From positions 1-34,089 of the forward strand of contig JNEM01012593.1 in the NCBI GenBank assembly GCA_000697335.1: a DNA stretch of 34,089 nt, read 5' to 3'. The DNA comes from Conidiobolus incongruus B7586. Lineage: Eukaryota. Position numbers and translations under genes: made by a program. The notes under the pieces were generated by a model. The model made no database searches. It saw nothing but the letters and a program-made list of their open reading frames with translations, and was not told where the DNA came from. Shown here in pieces: positions 13,701-25,865 of this stretch; position 1 is the stretch's first letter, and the number at the start of each line of letters is the position of its first letter.

Positions 13701-15666
13701 CTCAGTGGGGAATTTAGCTACTGTAAATAGTGCTTTGTTGGAAGTTAATCAGATTATTTTGGTAATTTTGTTATATTTATTAAGCACATGATTGGTACTA
13801 ATTGTTTAGGTGGGGTTACTCGGTGTAGAAAAGTTCCGAACAGAGTGGAAATCTTTCTTTGGCTTGGTTAATAATTGTGGCGCTTGGACAGGTAATTGAT
13901 TATATAGTTATTTATTATTGATGGCTAATATTGTATTTAGAGGATGATCGATTATTTGATATATTGATCAGCCAGTTTGAATGCTCCCTGGATGAATACA
14001 GACGTTCGAAACCGTCTCCCGATGTAGTGGGCGAGGATGAAACCAACTGGAGTACAATTTCGATTCATTCGCTTACTTCCCAACTCGAAGCGCAAAAGTC
14101 TCTACTAGCCCAGATTGGAGATCTTGGAAGGTTTACTCTGCACGTGTATCGCCATATTACCACACGCGGTGAAGTTGCCCAACGTCGTGCCAAACTCAAC
14201 CAGTTGCAAGACATCAAGCACCGCGTGTGCCAACCCCTCGTAGTGCTCGGATTTTACGATCTAGTCAAAGCCTTTAGTGAAAATCTACCCGACTACAAAC
14301 TCCTCATCGATCTCGTACTACAAATCGAACCCAACTCGGACGAGATTCTCGAAAACTATGTTGATCGCTTCGGCTCCAGCTTCGCCCTCGAACTATACCA
14401 AATCTACTTTGCTACTGGATACTGCGCCAAAGTGTTCTGCCAGCCTCAACGTCACGCGTTCTATGTGAATCAATTCCTCAGTGCTTCCGAACACGACAAA
14501 AATCGCTGGATATTCAAAATTGGTCAGGGACAACCGTGGGAAGTTTACAAATTACTTTGGGATCAGGCGCAGAGTGCTCCAGCAGCCAAAACAAAAAAGA
14601 TGCTACTATACTTGGCGAAATTCATGTATCTCAAGGCGAATTCTGATGCTGATGCAGGTCAGAAAGGACCCGTTGGGCCACTGCCTGACTATAGCAATGA
14701 CGAAACGATCAATATGATTGAGGACCAGATCGATCTTGTGAATTTGTTAAATATTGTGAAGGAGCAGTTCGAGGAGTGTCAGGGCGATTACCACCAATTA
14801 TTAGATCCCAATTTGGTTAGTAATATGCCCAATCAGCTCAAAGTAATCAATTATTATACAATATATTATAATTCACTAATATTCCATTTAGCTCATTGAA
14901 AAGTCTATCCAAACCCTGATGGAAGACCAATTTCTACCACCGGAAGACCTCATTGATCTCTTAATGTATATGGTCACAGATAAAAAAGAATTGGAGGGAG
15001 AGCATACCCATAATAGTAGTAATTCAGCACTGGAAGCATTCCGAAGATTTACTGTAATTTTATTTCAATTTATTTTTAATTTTATGTTTCCTAATCATAT
15101 CATTAGAATTGTACTGACGAACAGTTGGATTACATGCAGCGCACTATTTGGAGACGACTGGCGCTGAAAGATGAGTAAGTTTTTACAATATATAATTCAG
15201 TAATTAATACTAATAATTTGTAGTTGGTCCAAAATCCAAGACGAATTCTTGAAGGAGGGTACTGAAGGATTTTCGGATCGATTGAGATCCACTCATTTAC
15301 ATTCCGCTTTCGTTTGGATTATCGAACACGGTAATACAATCCAATTTCATATTATTTGATTATGTTAACAGTTGTTTAGAATTCCCAAAACATATTAAAA
15401 TACCCATCCGCCACGTTCATTTCAACTCCAGTCGCCAATATTTGGAGAAGCGCTTTGAACACAACCATCGCACCATCACCTCCAAATTCATCGACGATTT
15501 GTTGCAAGAGTATCAAGTTGAAAATAGCAAGCTCGATCACCTACTACAGAATTGTAAACTTGAAGAATTCGTAAGAGATACTTGGACACTCTCTAACTAC
15601 AAGGATTTGGAATTTGTTGATCAGGATTTGAAAATGTTGAGAGATGAAGATAAAATGGAGGGTTAA
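10793..15666 (+). CDS. NUP133: Nucleoporin Nup133 (Nup84/Nup107 Y-complex)
   Basis: An open frame threads through 23 exons and 22 GT-AG introns from ATG 10793 to TAA 15666. S/T/P-rich N-terminus; C-terminal helical region with Nup133-like signatures 'FGSSFALELYQIY...G', 'FL...RWIFKI', 'KKMLLYLAKF', 'LPPEDLIDLL', 'TIWRRLALKDDW', 'LRSTHL'. Confidence 0.8.
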
Positions 15667-15819
15667 GTTATTCAATTATTTAATATGTTTTTGGTTATAT
15701 TAAATTGAATAAAGCTTCAACTTTTAAATTGACAATAAGAATTTATTTTAAATTATTATTTATTTATAATTCAATATTAAACTTTTTGATTTTTATCTTA
15801 TTGAAATATTTGATATTAA

Positions 15820-15838
15820 ATATATATATATATATATA
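15820..15838. repeat. (TA)n microsatellite
   Basis: atatatatatatatatata. Confidence 0.8.
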
Positions 15839-15929
15839 CATCTATTAAGTGTAATTACTCAATTAAATTTTCTATCATGTTAATAAATAATTAAAATAAT
15901 AGGTTGTCAGGTATAATCAATTAGCAGTT

Positions 15930-16810
15930 GTTGAATTAGTAATACTAAAAATTATCCAAGGTACTCTAATTTTCACTAAAGATACAAACCAATTCATTTT
16001 ATCTCAATCTAATAACAAAGCTAAACAATTTGTTCTCACTGCTACATGGATAACAAAAATAACATAATCCTTCACCTCAACTTTGGCGTCCAATATTCAA
16101 GGATTTTGGTGACAATTGGTCAAAAGATTAGCCAAGTTTGGGAGGATTTTGTCGGGAGTAAGATTGTTAATACAACCTATTTGAATACTTTCATACTTGT
16201 CAACGATTACTGTTAATTTGGCATCGTTATCTGGATATTTAGGAGGTTTAACTGAATTGAGTGGATTAACAGAATACTGATAATTGCTAAAATATTCAGC
16301 TATTTTGATGATTTAGGTATAAGGACAATTAAGCGAATATAAATTTACAATTGGATTGAAATTAATTTAAAGTTTTAATGAATTCCAATCTATCAGTAAT
16401 ATGCATTTTCTTTGAAATTTTGGAGTTTTAATTCCATTTTTTATTAGCTACATGGATAATAATTTGAAAATTATAAAGCATATGTTCTTAAATATATCTA
16501 TATTTCAAAGTGCAATTCTTTCAATTTTGTTATATAGATTTAACATTAATTTTACTCTTTTCTAACAAATGATAACCAAAGAAACTGTACCATTTGCATA
16601 GTCATTCATCTAACCAATATATCACAAATTCACAATTGGTATTTACCATTTAATAGATTAAAACATTTATATATGATGCCAAATACATCAATTAATGTGA
16701 TTGTGTCAGCCTACTTCTTTCAATCAATTCATCAATACAATTTTGCATTTGAACAAAATTGACGTTGAACTATCGATAATTTGAAATAATAGAATTCACA
16801 GTTGACCAAT
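15930..16810 (-). pseudogene. Possible decayed ORF of unknown family
   Basis: A minus-strand frame gives protein-like stretches (IAEYFSNYQYSVNPLNSVKPPKYPDNDAKLTVIVDKYESIQIGCINNLTPDKILPNLANLL) broken by stops. Confidence 0.25.
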
Positions 16811-17912
16811 GATCTGTCATAATGAAAACTAATATATAATGTTTCACACTTTATCTACTGCAATTTATTAAGTTTACAATTGTTCTAAATATTAATGAAA
16901 ATCATTATTTTTGTTTGATTTAAATTTTGGTTAATATTAGGGTATTTTATTGAAATGAATACGATATTCATAACATGAACTAAATTTTGATTTTGTTAAT
17001 GTCATACTTATAACAAAAATTATATTTATTATATTAATAAGTTTGAATAATAAAAAGCATATTTATTAGGATTAAGATTAAATATTATATCTAAAACTTC
17101 GATTTGCGCTAAGTTATATTAAGTATTTTTTCTTATAATATTTAATATTTTCATTCAATTTTGTTGATTAAAATATATTCTCATAAATAATAGTTCGTAG
17201 ATTTTTCGTGATTTTTTTAATTCAGAATATAAATATTTTGATTTTAAATAGAAATTAATGAAATGTATTGAATAATAATAGTATATAATATAAAATTACT
17301 TTAACTTCAAATTATATTGTATTAAACATATATAATATATATTTGAAAAAATATATTAAATTTTTTTATCACTAAAATTTAATTAATTTGATATTAATTA
17401 AAATATTTAAAAAGTGCATTATACGAATTTTTAAAAGAAAAAATTCATTATTTTGAAAAATTTCTATTTTTATATAATAATATGAAAGAATTCAACCTGA
17501 AATTATTAAAATATTAGATGAATATTAAATGAATTAGTAGCAGCTTATAAAGATTCATTTTATTATTTTAAATGACATATTATCAGCCATAATCTAATCT
17601 TGATAATGAATTATATATTTGATACCAATCTGTCAGATTAATTCAATCTTATTGCAAAATTTTAATAATTTAATTGTGTATAAGAAAATAAGTATATTTG
17701 GCAGGATTACAGGTTTTAGAATCTGATAATTGGATTTATATGTTTTTTATAATTAGTAATTTATTGAATTTTTAAATTTGAAAATTATAGATTTAATAAT
17801 AGTTAGTAATTAAGTTCAAAATAAATTTAAACCCATAAAAAATTCCCAATCATTATAATTATAAAATTATTCAAAAAAAAATCACCAAATAAAAATTAAC
17901 AAAATTTATAAA

Positions 17913-18852
17913 ATGGAATTAAAAAATATTAAAAATATATTAGATTTACCAAATTTACCCGATACTTCCAAATTAAACGAGTGTAAAGAACGTTTACCAT
18001 GTCCCAAATGTCAGCGATCAGTTAAATTTTTCTGTTACCGATGTTTAATTCCGGTGGGTATGACGAATGAAGACTTACCTATTTTAGACCCTTTACCTAC
18101 CCATTTAGATATGTAATATTCATATAAATAATATACAAATCATTCAACTAATTAATTCAATTTAGTATTAAACATAGTAAAGAAGTTGACGGGAAATCGA
18201 CAGCTTTACACGCAAAAATTTTATCACCTGAATCAGTATCTCTTTGGAATTATCCTGAAGAGTTACCAGAAGTTGAAAATCCTGAAAATTGTTTGTTATT
18301 GTTTCCTGGGCCTGTAAGTATTTATAGAAAATAATTCATCAACATAATTCATATTCACTTAATTAGAATTCTATCACTATAGAAGAAGCTATGAAACGTA
18401 TTCAAGCCAAAAATAAAGATGGAGAACCTGCTAAAATCGAAAGAATGATAGTAATTGACGGTACTTGGAGTCAAGCCAATGCCATGGTCACATACAGTCC
18501 ACTTATAAGCAAATTCCAAAAAGTTCAATTGACTTACCCGTACACAACAGTATTCTGGCGGTATCAAAAATTCAGTGAACACTACTTAGCCACCATTGAA
18601 GCGATTTACTTTTTCTTCAAAGAGTATTTAGAATTTGGCAAGATTGTAGACTACAATCAAGAATTAGAGAATTTATTATACTTTTACAAATATTTTTACG
18701 ATTTAATTCAAAATAGATATAATGAGAATAGAAATTTACAATTTTGTCATAGGCATAAGGGTTTTATAAAGTATAAAGATTTACCAGAGTCTTCTTCAGA
18801 TAATAATACTGAAAATGATGATGATAAAGTTAAAAAATCTAGAATGGAATAA
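17913..18852 (+). CDS. DTWD1: DTW domain protein, DTWD1-type tRNA-uridine aminocarboxypropyltransferase
   Basis: Exons 17913-18112, 18166-18313, 18367-18852. N-terminal CPKC..FFCYRC, IIKHSKEVDGKSTALHAKIL, LLFPGP, VIDGTWSQA (DXTW), FWRYQ, YLATIEAIY, NLLYFY. Confidence 0.9.
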
Positions 18853-19180
18853 TTTAGAATTTATAGATATATTATAATTAATAAAATAATTATTTAAATT
18901 GTTAATATTAAAGAATTTACTATAGTAATACGAGGGTTATTCTATAATAATAGATTATTATATTTAGAGATAAACAAAACTTATTATATAGGTCATTAAT
19001 TGATAATTCAATATTCTTCTTTTATTCAATTTTCTTTAAGTAATTTAAAGTGATCTCAATCATTAATTACTGAATATTCAATATTATACGATATATTTGA
19101 TTAATGTTAAGTTGAATTATTCATTTATTGATATATTTGAATAATTATATCTCATTTTTGAGTATTATTAATATTTCAAA

Positions 19181-19188
19181 TCCCATAT
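19181..19188 (+). promoter_or_regulatory. Recurrent promoter motif TCCCATAT ~130 nt upstream of APT1
   Basis: aaatcccatattatt in otherwise extremely AT-rich DNA. Confidence 0.5.
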
Positions 19189-19312
19189 TATTATTATTAT
19201 TCTCTATATTTTTTTTAAAAAAAAGAGTAAAATTATAAAATTTAATTAAATATAAAAAAAAATAAATTAATTAAAAATATTAATTAATTAATCCACTGAA
19301 AAAAAAATAAAC

Positions 19313-20067
19313 ATGTCCCAAGATATTGAAAGATTAAAGTCTTTAATCACTGCTATTCCTGACTTCCCTCAACCTGTAAATTAATTTATATAATATAATA
19401 TATTCAAATAATTTATTTATTTTTATTTTTAGGGAATTCTATTTAGAGATATCTTCCCAATCTTTCAAGATCCTATCGCTGTCGAATCTTTAATCACCCA
19501 TATCCTTCACCATATTAACTCCACTTTGGATAAGAAAGTTGATGTTGTCGTCGGTAGTTGATATTGCTAAATTGTATAATCCAACACTTTTAATATTCAT
19601 ACTTAGGTTTGGATGCTCGTGGTTTTCTTTTCGGTCCTCTTATCGCTATGAGATTAGGAGCTGCTTTCGTTCCCGTCCGTAAGAGAGGCAAGCTACCTGG
19701 TCAAACTATTCAAGCTGAATATACTAAGGAATATGGTGTTGTAAGTTTATTAATATAATTATTAAATAATAATATTATTCATCATATCATAATTAAAGGA
19801 TATTTTTGAAATGCAACAAAATGCCATTAAAACTGGTCAAAATGTTATTATTGTTGATGATTTAATTGCTACTGGTAATATGGGGATATTTATCATAATT
19901 TTTAGAGATATTAATAATTTTATATAGGTGGATCTGCTTACGCTGCTGGTGAATTAGTCAAGAAGAGCTCCGGTAATATTTTGGAATATATTTTCGTTAT
20001 TGAATTGGAAGATTTGGAAGGTGCTAAAAAATTGCAATCTCCTATCTATTCTTTGATTAAGTATTAA
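19313..20067 (+). CDS. APT1: Adenine phosphoribosyltransferase
   Basis: Exons 19313-19375, 19433-19553, 19607-19740, 19799-19874, 19928-20067. [44 protein letters not shown]-binding [13 protein letters not shown]. Missing from the ORF track because the exons are short. Confidence 0.96.
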
Positions 20068-21098
20068 TTAATAAATTGATATTTTATTAGTTTTGATAAT
20101 TAATAGATAATAATATTGATCAATTACCTAATAATTAAAATGTATTATTCATTTTTCAAAATAATTTACTTATTTTTTTTTGAATTTGATAATATTAGAA
20201 ATTTTATAATAAAATTAAAATATATTATAATCATATAATATTCTTAATTAATTATATATTTTTAGCTATTAAATTTATACTTTTATTAATCAATTTTGAA
20301 AAAATATAATTTAAATTTTAATTAACATTATATGCCATTTATTTGTTAATGTAGGTTATATCATTATTTCTTAAAATTTTAAGAAATTTCAAGATGTTTT
20401 AATAATCATAATTTAAATCTAAAAAATACTATATTTAAAATATTTGATTATTAGATTCATCATATTTGATAGACTAATTATTCTTTGATAGATAGTGATG
20501 TAATATTTATTATTTTTATTAATGGTTTTAGTAAAATTAAGAATAAAGAGTAAATCAAATCATCAAATATTATCTCAATAACATTACTTAGCAAAATGAC
20601 ATTTTTTGAAGTAGCAAATTATAACGATTTCATAATTTAGAGTGACTATCAAATACAGTCAATTGAAAAACCTTTTATGTCTAGAAACTTCAAAAATGGT
20701 AAATGTAGTTTTGCTACATTTTCTCATATATATTACAAAAGTATAGATTAATATATTTCTAATTGGTATAAATTATTACAAAGTAAACAATAACTTATAG
20801 TCAAAATGCATATAGCAATTCATTCAATACAGTTATTAAAAGTATACATTCAAATTAACAAAATTAAAAATAAGCACAAAATTGCTTTATTAAGAGTTGG
20901 GGTAAGGAAATTCAAAAAAATCTTATCAATGATTATTGAATTTGTGAAGAAAATGAATATCAATATAAATTATATAGTCAATAGTAATTTATCATTAGTT
21001 AATTTTTTCTTTCATTAAGTTGCTGCATTTGAACTAAATCATTTGGGTATTTTTGCTTTGAAGGACATACTAGATTAGAACAATCGCTGAGTATTGAT

Positions 21099-21384
21099 TC
21101 CAATTTTGACAAACTATTGAAAAGTAAATATATGAATAAGAATGTTCATATGTCTTTTATGGCCAAAGATTTTGAAAAACTACAAAATTACCAGGCCATC
21201 CTCTCAATTTTTTTGCTTTGCTAGCAAATATTTTGCCAAATTATTCAAATCAGATCCTTCGAATAAGATCCTAGAGATTGATACCCAAGGTTCAGAATCT
21301 GCAGCAATTCCTATTTTGCAATACATTTACGCTGTTAAATGCACGAGTACGTATCTACTCAATCAAACTATTCAACAATCTTAA
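21099..21384 (+). pseudogene. Frameshifted BTB/POZ-domain relic (upstream 20596-21100 may be a decayed N-terminal domain)
   Basis: SNFDKLLKSKYMNKNVHMSFMAKDFEKLQNYQAILS, a shift near the T7 run 21208-21214, then FASKYFAKLFKSDPSNKILEIDTQGSESAAIPILQYIY; resembles BTB HxxxLxxxSxYFxxLF...LxYxY. Confidence 0.5.
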
Positions 21385-23618
21385 AAATGCACTCCCAAAT
21401 ATGTGAATATCAGTTAGTTGAAATCAAGTACAACATTGAAATTTGAATAACTGTATATATGAATCATTCCTACTTATTGAATGAAGGTAATAATATTATT
21501 AATTGCATCCTTCATTGCTTATTTTATGAATAGATCAGTCAATGCAAAAAATAAAAATTTAATTTAATAATTAATACTAGCTTTAAATAAATTTTGAATT
21601 GAAAATTATAAGTATATTATCCACTGATTTGAATACTGAAATATTTTTGAATAATATAATTTAGTTTATTTTGATAGTTGATAAACAGAAATTATAAAAA
21701 AGATATAACCCATTATTAATCAGATGATATAATTTAAAACATTATGCATAATAGAAAATATAAACGATACCGATCATGATCTATTTGGCTATAAGTATAT
21801 ATTTAATGCTATAAAATGTAAAATGAAATAATTTCGATAATTATACTAGTGCATTTTAGCATGAATAGCTATTTTGTAATTATTCGAGTGATTTTTTTTG
21901 AATTTGGAATACAAAATGACTATCAAAAAATTTCAAGTATAATAAAATTACAGGTTTTGATCAAGTTATAGACTAATAATGTAGTAGTAAGGTAATGTAT
22001 AATTTATTATATATATGGCTGTATTTAATTTTTCTAAATATTTTAATGTAATTGGTTTGATTAATATTATTCATTTTTTGGCTATAATTTTTTCATTCAA
22101 AATATTTAATTTTTAAATTAATATATTTTAAATACTGATCAGGTCAGCATCTTTGGCTGATTAAAAGAAATCAAAGATCAAAACATCTCGTTTTTTTATT
22201 AAAGACAGAATTTGTAAGATAATCCAATTAACTCTATCATAGTTAAAAATATTTATAAATTTGGAAATACACATCGCTATAATTGTTGTATTCAGATAAA
22301 TTTTGGCAAATTGATATTCAGCCAAAATCAATTCATAAATTTTGACAGTTTTTATGAATATTTGTGATTCAAATTTTATGCCACAAAATTTGACTTGATT
22401 TCATTATGTTTATGAATCAATTTTACTTGATCTTTGGTTAACTCGCCAAAAATACAAGTCCAAGCGACTATTCAAGAAAACTGAATAACCACTCTGAAGC
22501 TGTGACATTAGATATTTTTTATTGAAGTTTAACATTTTTGTTCATCAAATAAGCTAAATCAAAATCACTTAAACTTTGAAGTATATCCACTTATCCAATC
22601 ATATCGATTAGCTTTGACTTATGATTATATTGATTGGATCAATCATATTAATTAAATTTTCCATGAGTTACATTATCAATGCATTGTATAACAATGACTG
22701 GAATAAAATTGAAGTGGGATTATAAAATGAATATAAATAAAAATATTTTCTTCATATTAGTTCAATGATAAAAATAATAATAATAATAATAGTATCACAC
22801 TTATGGAAATGTCTTAAACAATTGAAAATCGATTAAAAGTTTGAATGCTTGAATAGAAAATCCAAATTCAAATGAGCAACTCTTCGAATTGCATCAAAAA
22901 TTTCAATTTTCTCTATTAAGTTAATTAAATTCTTTGTTTGTTGTTGATTAAACAAATTCAGAAACGGTTAATATAGGTTTTTATTATTTAAATTGTAATA
23001 GATTATATTGAATTCCCCACTTCAATTGAAAAATTTTACCATATCCAAAAGTATTGCAAAATATAATATTTATTATAGAGTAAAATATTTATATCTCAGA
23101 GATACGAATATTGAGCTCATAATTTTTGATGGGGATGGTTCAGAGTAATTTAATGGGTTAGGAATGATCTATTTAGGGAAGTGCAATTTATTTCAATCAA
23201 TTTTCATCTCAATTCACTTTCCACCCTTCTCTCCTGATAAATAATTAAAGCGATTTGATTGGTCTATTAAATTGGTATAAATTAATCCAATAAACATTTC
23301 ATATTTCCCATTTATCAAGTTGAATTGATGAATTTCAGATAATAGGATTTGCTGTATTTTGATTCTTTATCAAACACATAGTCCTTTTCGAACACGTACA
23401 CTATCTTCACACTAAATCATCACACTTGTACTACCATTAACATTAATCCCTACACTAACTAATATTTAGTTTTCCTTCATATTGATACATAAGTATTCAC
23501 TCCTCAATTTAATAATAATTAAGACCTTTTTAATTTTGTATCAAATATACGTTAACTTGATTTAAATACATTGGTATATTTATAAAATTCATTAAACTAT
23601 TTTATTTAAAAATATAAT

Positions 23619-25865
23619 ATGGAATCTTATAAACAACGGTACGTAGAGAAACAAGTAAATTTATCAACTCGAATTATTATAATTTTTGAATTATTTCATT
23701 CAGCATATTTTCAACAGCTTAATCTAAATAAAATTTCATTATTAGACTTCATATATTTGAAACTTTCACAGATCCTACGAGACCAGCTTATACTGCTACA
23801 AATAATTCTGAACTAGATAACTGGTCAGTCAATTTGAATGAGCTACGCAGATTATGTAAAGGAGGTACCTAAAATCTCACATTCCTATTTTTCCGATTAA
23901 CAGTATTTTTTTTTAGGAATTCCTGATAAACCTGGTATTAGAGCTACATGCTGGAAGGTTCGACTAATATTCACATTAAATATTGATTTAAAACTAATTC
24001 AAATATTAGTTATTACTTGGTGTTTTACCATTAGATAAACGCCAATGGCATGCAGAACTTTCTCAAAAGCGTCAAGATTATTATGTAATATTATTACAAT
24101 AATCATAATTAAAAATTGATTTTTGACTCATATATTTCAGGATTTCGTCAAGGATTTAGTTGTAGACCCAGGTATTAGTTTTCCAAGGCCAGATCAACCC
24201 AAGAAAAAAGTTCTTGATCATGTAATTTTTAATCATATATACTCGGCGAATTTAGTTGCTAACCCAATTATTTAGCCTCTTGATCCCGATCCAAATAGTA
24301 AATGGTCAGTATATTTCCAAGATAATGCCATCTTGGAACAAATTGATATGGATGTTCGCCGTACATTGAGCGATATGGCATTTTTTCAATTACCTGTTAA
24401 CTCATCATCACCTCAATTTCGTGTTCAACAGCTGTCTGCTGACACACATAATTCACCTTTACCACGTAAACTTAGTGATGTACCCTCTCTAATTTCTGAC
24501 AACTCCTCTAATCCTGATTCACCTCCTAAACCAACTCCTTTAAATTTATCACCACCTAAGCAACTACAATCCTTATCCACACCGGTTTCTCCATTCCATC
24601 CTCGTTCTGCTCCATGGCAGTTTGTCTCTGAGGAAAAGAGGAGAAGTCTATTTAAAAGATTAGAAAATGTCAATTCAGATATTGGAATGAGAGAAAGACC
24701 TCAAGCCCAAGCTTCATCCAAATTTAGAAGACAGAGGTCATCATCACATTCATTTATTTCACCCTCTGTCCACGATCTTACAAGCTCATCAGCATTTAAA
24801 CGTCGTCAATCTATTGATCCGACAACTCTTTCTAAATGCTCCATGTCAACTCCATCATCTATCCCTGCTATCACAGAAACACCCATTGTTCAAGATCTAC
24901 ATTGGGAAGCACTTGAGAGAATTTTATTTATTTATGCCAAATTGAATCCTGGCGTTGGATATGTTCAAGGAATGAATGAACTTTTAGGTCCTTTGTATTA
25001 TATTTGTGCCAATGATTCACCTGATTCACCTTTAGACGGATTGGCACATGCAGAAGCCGATGCTTTCTATCTATTCACACAATTGATGGCAGGCCAAAGA
25101 GACCAATTTGTGAGACTCTTAGATTATGATAAGAGTGTTGGCGTTAATGCATCCCTCCAAGAATTTTCCATTATTCTCAAACAAGTGTGTCCTGAGCTAC
25201 ATCAAGATTTTGAATATAAGCAGATTGATCTTGCTTACTTTGCTTTTCGCTGGATTACAGTACTCGGTACACAAGAATTTCCATTACCTGAGGTAATTAG
25301 ATTGTGGGATACATTATTTTCACATGTCCCACTTTCACACTTCCAGGATCTACAAAATCCCACTATATCGCCACTACATACAATGATTCAAATTGGTGTT
25401 GCAATGGTATGCCTCATCAGGGACGAGTTAATTGAAGGGACATTTGTCGATAATATAAAATGTTTGCAAAATTATCCTTTAACAGATATTGGCGAAATTA
25501 TCTTTTACGCATTTCAGCTTGAAGCGTTACCTGAGCACAGTACATTACAAGAATTAATGAACAATAATCATAATCAAAATGATCAGGAAAGTACAAATAC
25601 TGAAGAAGAAATCACTCCCAAAGATCGTATTAACGAGTTAACGCAACAAATGAAAAACTTTGGTAAACAGTTCAAAGATAAACATGGTTCCTTATTCAAT
25701 GCTCCAAATAGCTTCATGATGAAAACAGGGATCAATGATTCGAAGTCATCAATAAGCTCCATGTGGTCGAATACTACCCGTATAATTCCGACAACAGTTG
25801 AAGCTAATTCAATTACCGCACCCGTAAAGAGCTGGTTTCAACAGAAGGGATGGTTTAAAACATAA
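23619..25865 (+). CDS. TBC-domain Rab GTPase-activating protein, TBC1D13-like
   Basis: Exons 23619-23638, 23746-23864, 23917-23957, 24010-24084, 24141-24221, 24276-25865. LRRLCKGGIPDKPGIRATCWKLLLGVLP, DHPL, IDMDVRRT (Arg finger), WEALERILFIYAKLNPGVGYVQGMNE (Gln finger), AEADAF, FAFRW, QEFPLPEVIRLWD, LQNYP. Confidence 0.92.

Noticed and set aside
10793..15666. U12-type (AT-AC or GTATCCTT) introns, or several separate genes in the Nup133 region
   Set aside because: All modelled introns are GT-AG without the U12 donor, and one continuous frame links all ORF fragments
23619..23816. 65-aa standalone ORF
   Set aside because: Read-through of TBC exon 1 into intron 1 and an off-frame part of exon 2
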